The notes beneath the pieces are model-generated. The model ran no database searches. It was given only the letters and a program-made list of their open reading frames with translations, and was not told where the DNA came from. The position numbers and the translations under genes were made by a program. 64,000 nucleotides of DNA from Veleropilina oligotropha (Eukaryota): positions 372,001 to 436,000 of the forward strand of contig JBEUKZ010000006.1 in NCBI GenBank assembly GCA_048128005.1. Direction: 5' to 3'. Below, piece by piece: positions 1-64,000 of the stretch. Each line of letters starts with the position of its first letter. The stretch's first letter is position 1.

Positions 1-110
1 AAAACAGACGAAACCGTGAACATACAGACATCAAAAGTAACCCACACTCCAACGAACACTCCATATTTCTAACTGTGACTGTTAATGAACAAAACGCCGA
101 GGATTGGAAT

Positions 111-670
111 CCACTCATGTTACTCTGACCACTCATGTTAATCTGACCACTCATGTTACTCTGACCACTCATGTTAATCTGACCACTCATGTTACTCTGA
201 CCACTCATGTTAATCTGACCACTCATGTTAATCTGACCACTCATGTTACTCTGACCACTCATGTTACTCTGACCACTCATGTTAATCTGACCACTCATGT
301 TACTCTGACCACTCATGTTACTCTGACCACTCATGTTAATCTGACCACTCATGTTACTCTGACCACTCATGTTACTCTGACCACTCATGTTAATCTGACC
401 ACTCATGTTAATCTGACCACTCATGTTACTCTGACCACTCATGTTACTCTGACCACTCATGTTACTCTGACCACTCATGTTAATCTGACCACTCATGTTA
501 CTCTGACCACTCATGTTACTCTGACCACTCATGTTAATCTGACCACTCATGTTAATCTGACCACTCATGTTACTCTGACCACTCATGTTACTCTGACCAC
601 TCATGTTACTCTGACCACTCATGTTAATCTGACCACTCATGTTAATCTGACCACTCATGTTACTCTGACA
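111..670. repeat. 18-bp minisatellite ACCACTCATGTTA(C/A)TCTG, about 31 copies
   Basis: Direct inspection. Confidence 0.97.
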
Positions 671-783
671 ACTCAAGCGAGTGAATATGAAGCCAAGCTC
701 TTGTCCTACCTCTTAACCTAGTGGCGCTTTTACAGGACAAGGGGTAATGAAAATCAATCAAACAATATAAGATATTTATTTAC

Positions 784-63544
<62,761 letters not shown>

Positions 63545-63594
63545 TTTTCATTTTGGCTCATAAAATGTTTTGAAATGTTTAAATTAAATCTGTT

Positions 63595-63810
63595 TCAAAG
63601 TATGACCCGAGTCGCCATTTTGTTAAAGGTGTTTTGATCACATGAACATTCAACCTTTGACCTTTGTGCATCTCCAACATAAGAACTAGGTTTTAAGTAG
63701 ATTTGAATTTTACGTGACAAATAATGGTAAAACTGTAATAAAACCAAACTGAGTTTATTTTTCGAATAGTCGCAGTTTCATCGTGACCCGCCATATCAAC
63801 CAATGAAAAT
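63595..63810 (-). promoter_or_regulatory. Putative ZFYVE26 promoter/5' UTR
   Basis: YY1-like CAAAATGGCG (63613-63622), M-box TCATGTGA (63638-63645), GTCACG half sites, CCAAT near 63800; motif-only evidence. Confidence 0.4.
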
Positions 63811-64000
63811 CAACTTGTTGTTTATGCGGCAAGTTCGAAAGCAAAAATATTACACGCATAAAATTGCTAAAATGTGAAATATAACCCAAATAATATGCCG
63901 CAGTAACAAACACGTTAGAGTGAGTATTGGGGAGTATTTAGTAATGTGTCAGGTAATTACGATTATTAAATTAAGCACACGCTCGGCTTTTTTACCAAAA

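Noticed and set aside
104..721. 205-aa ORF of LTTHV(T/N) repeats
   Set aside because: Product of an 18-bp stop-free minisatellite, antisense within an intron, no ATG start

Overview
Eukaryotic, AT-rich invertebrate DNA; the repeat families look mollusc/lophotrochozoan-like, which is an inference. Nearly the whole window is one minus-strand gene, a ZFYVE26/spastizin (SPG15) ortholog. I reconstructed 31 coding exons by hand from the ATG at 63544 down to 784. All have GT-AG boundaries with matching phases, total about 2,588 codons including the FYVE domain, and the gene runs off the left edge. Exons 15-21 encode a DUF547-like domain that I do not recognise in vertebrate spastizin. The acceptor of exon 31 has been tandemly copied into five in-frame 3' splice sites. 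The introns hold two decayed DIRS1-type tyrosine-recombinase retrotransposons (one with intact ITRs and ICR), at least 11 HINE/Helentron-like satellite-carrying elements, several non-autonomous DNA transposons with 6-bp TSDs, a pogo-like MITE, three tRNA-SINE families, long palindromes sharing a central motif, and minisatellites. All homology calls come from recalled motifs, not database searches.
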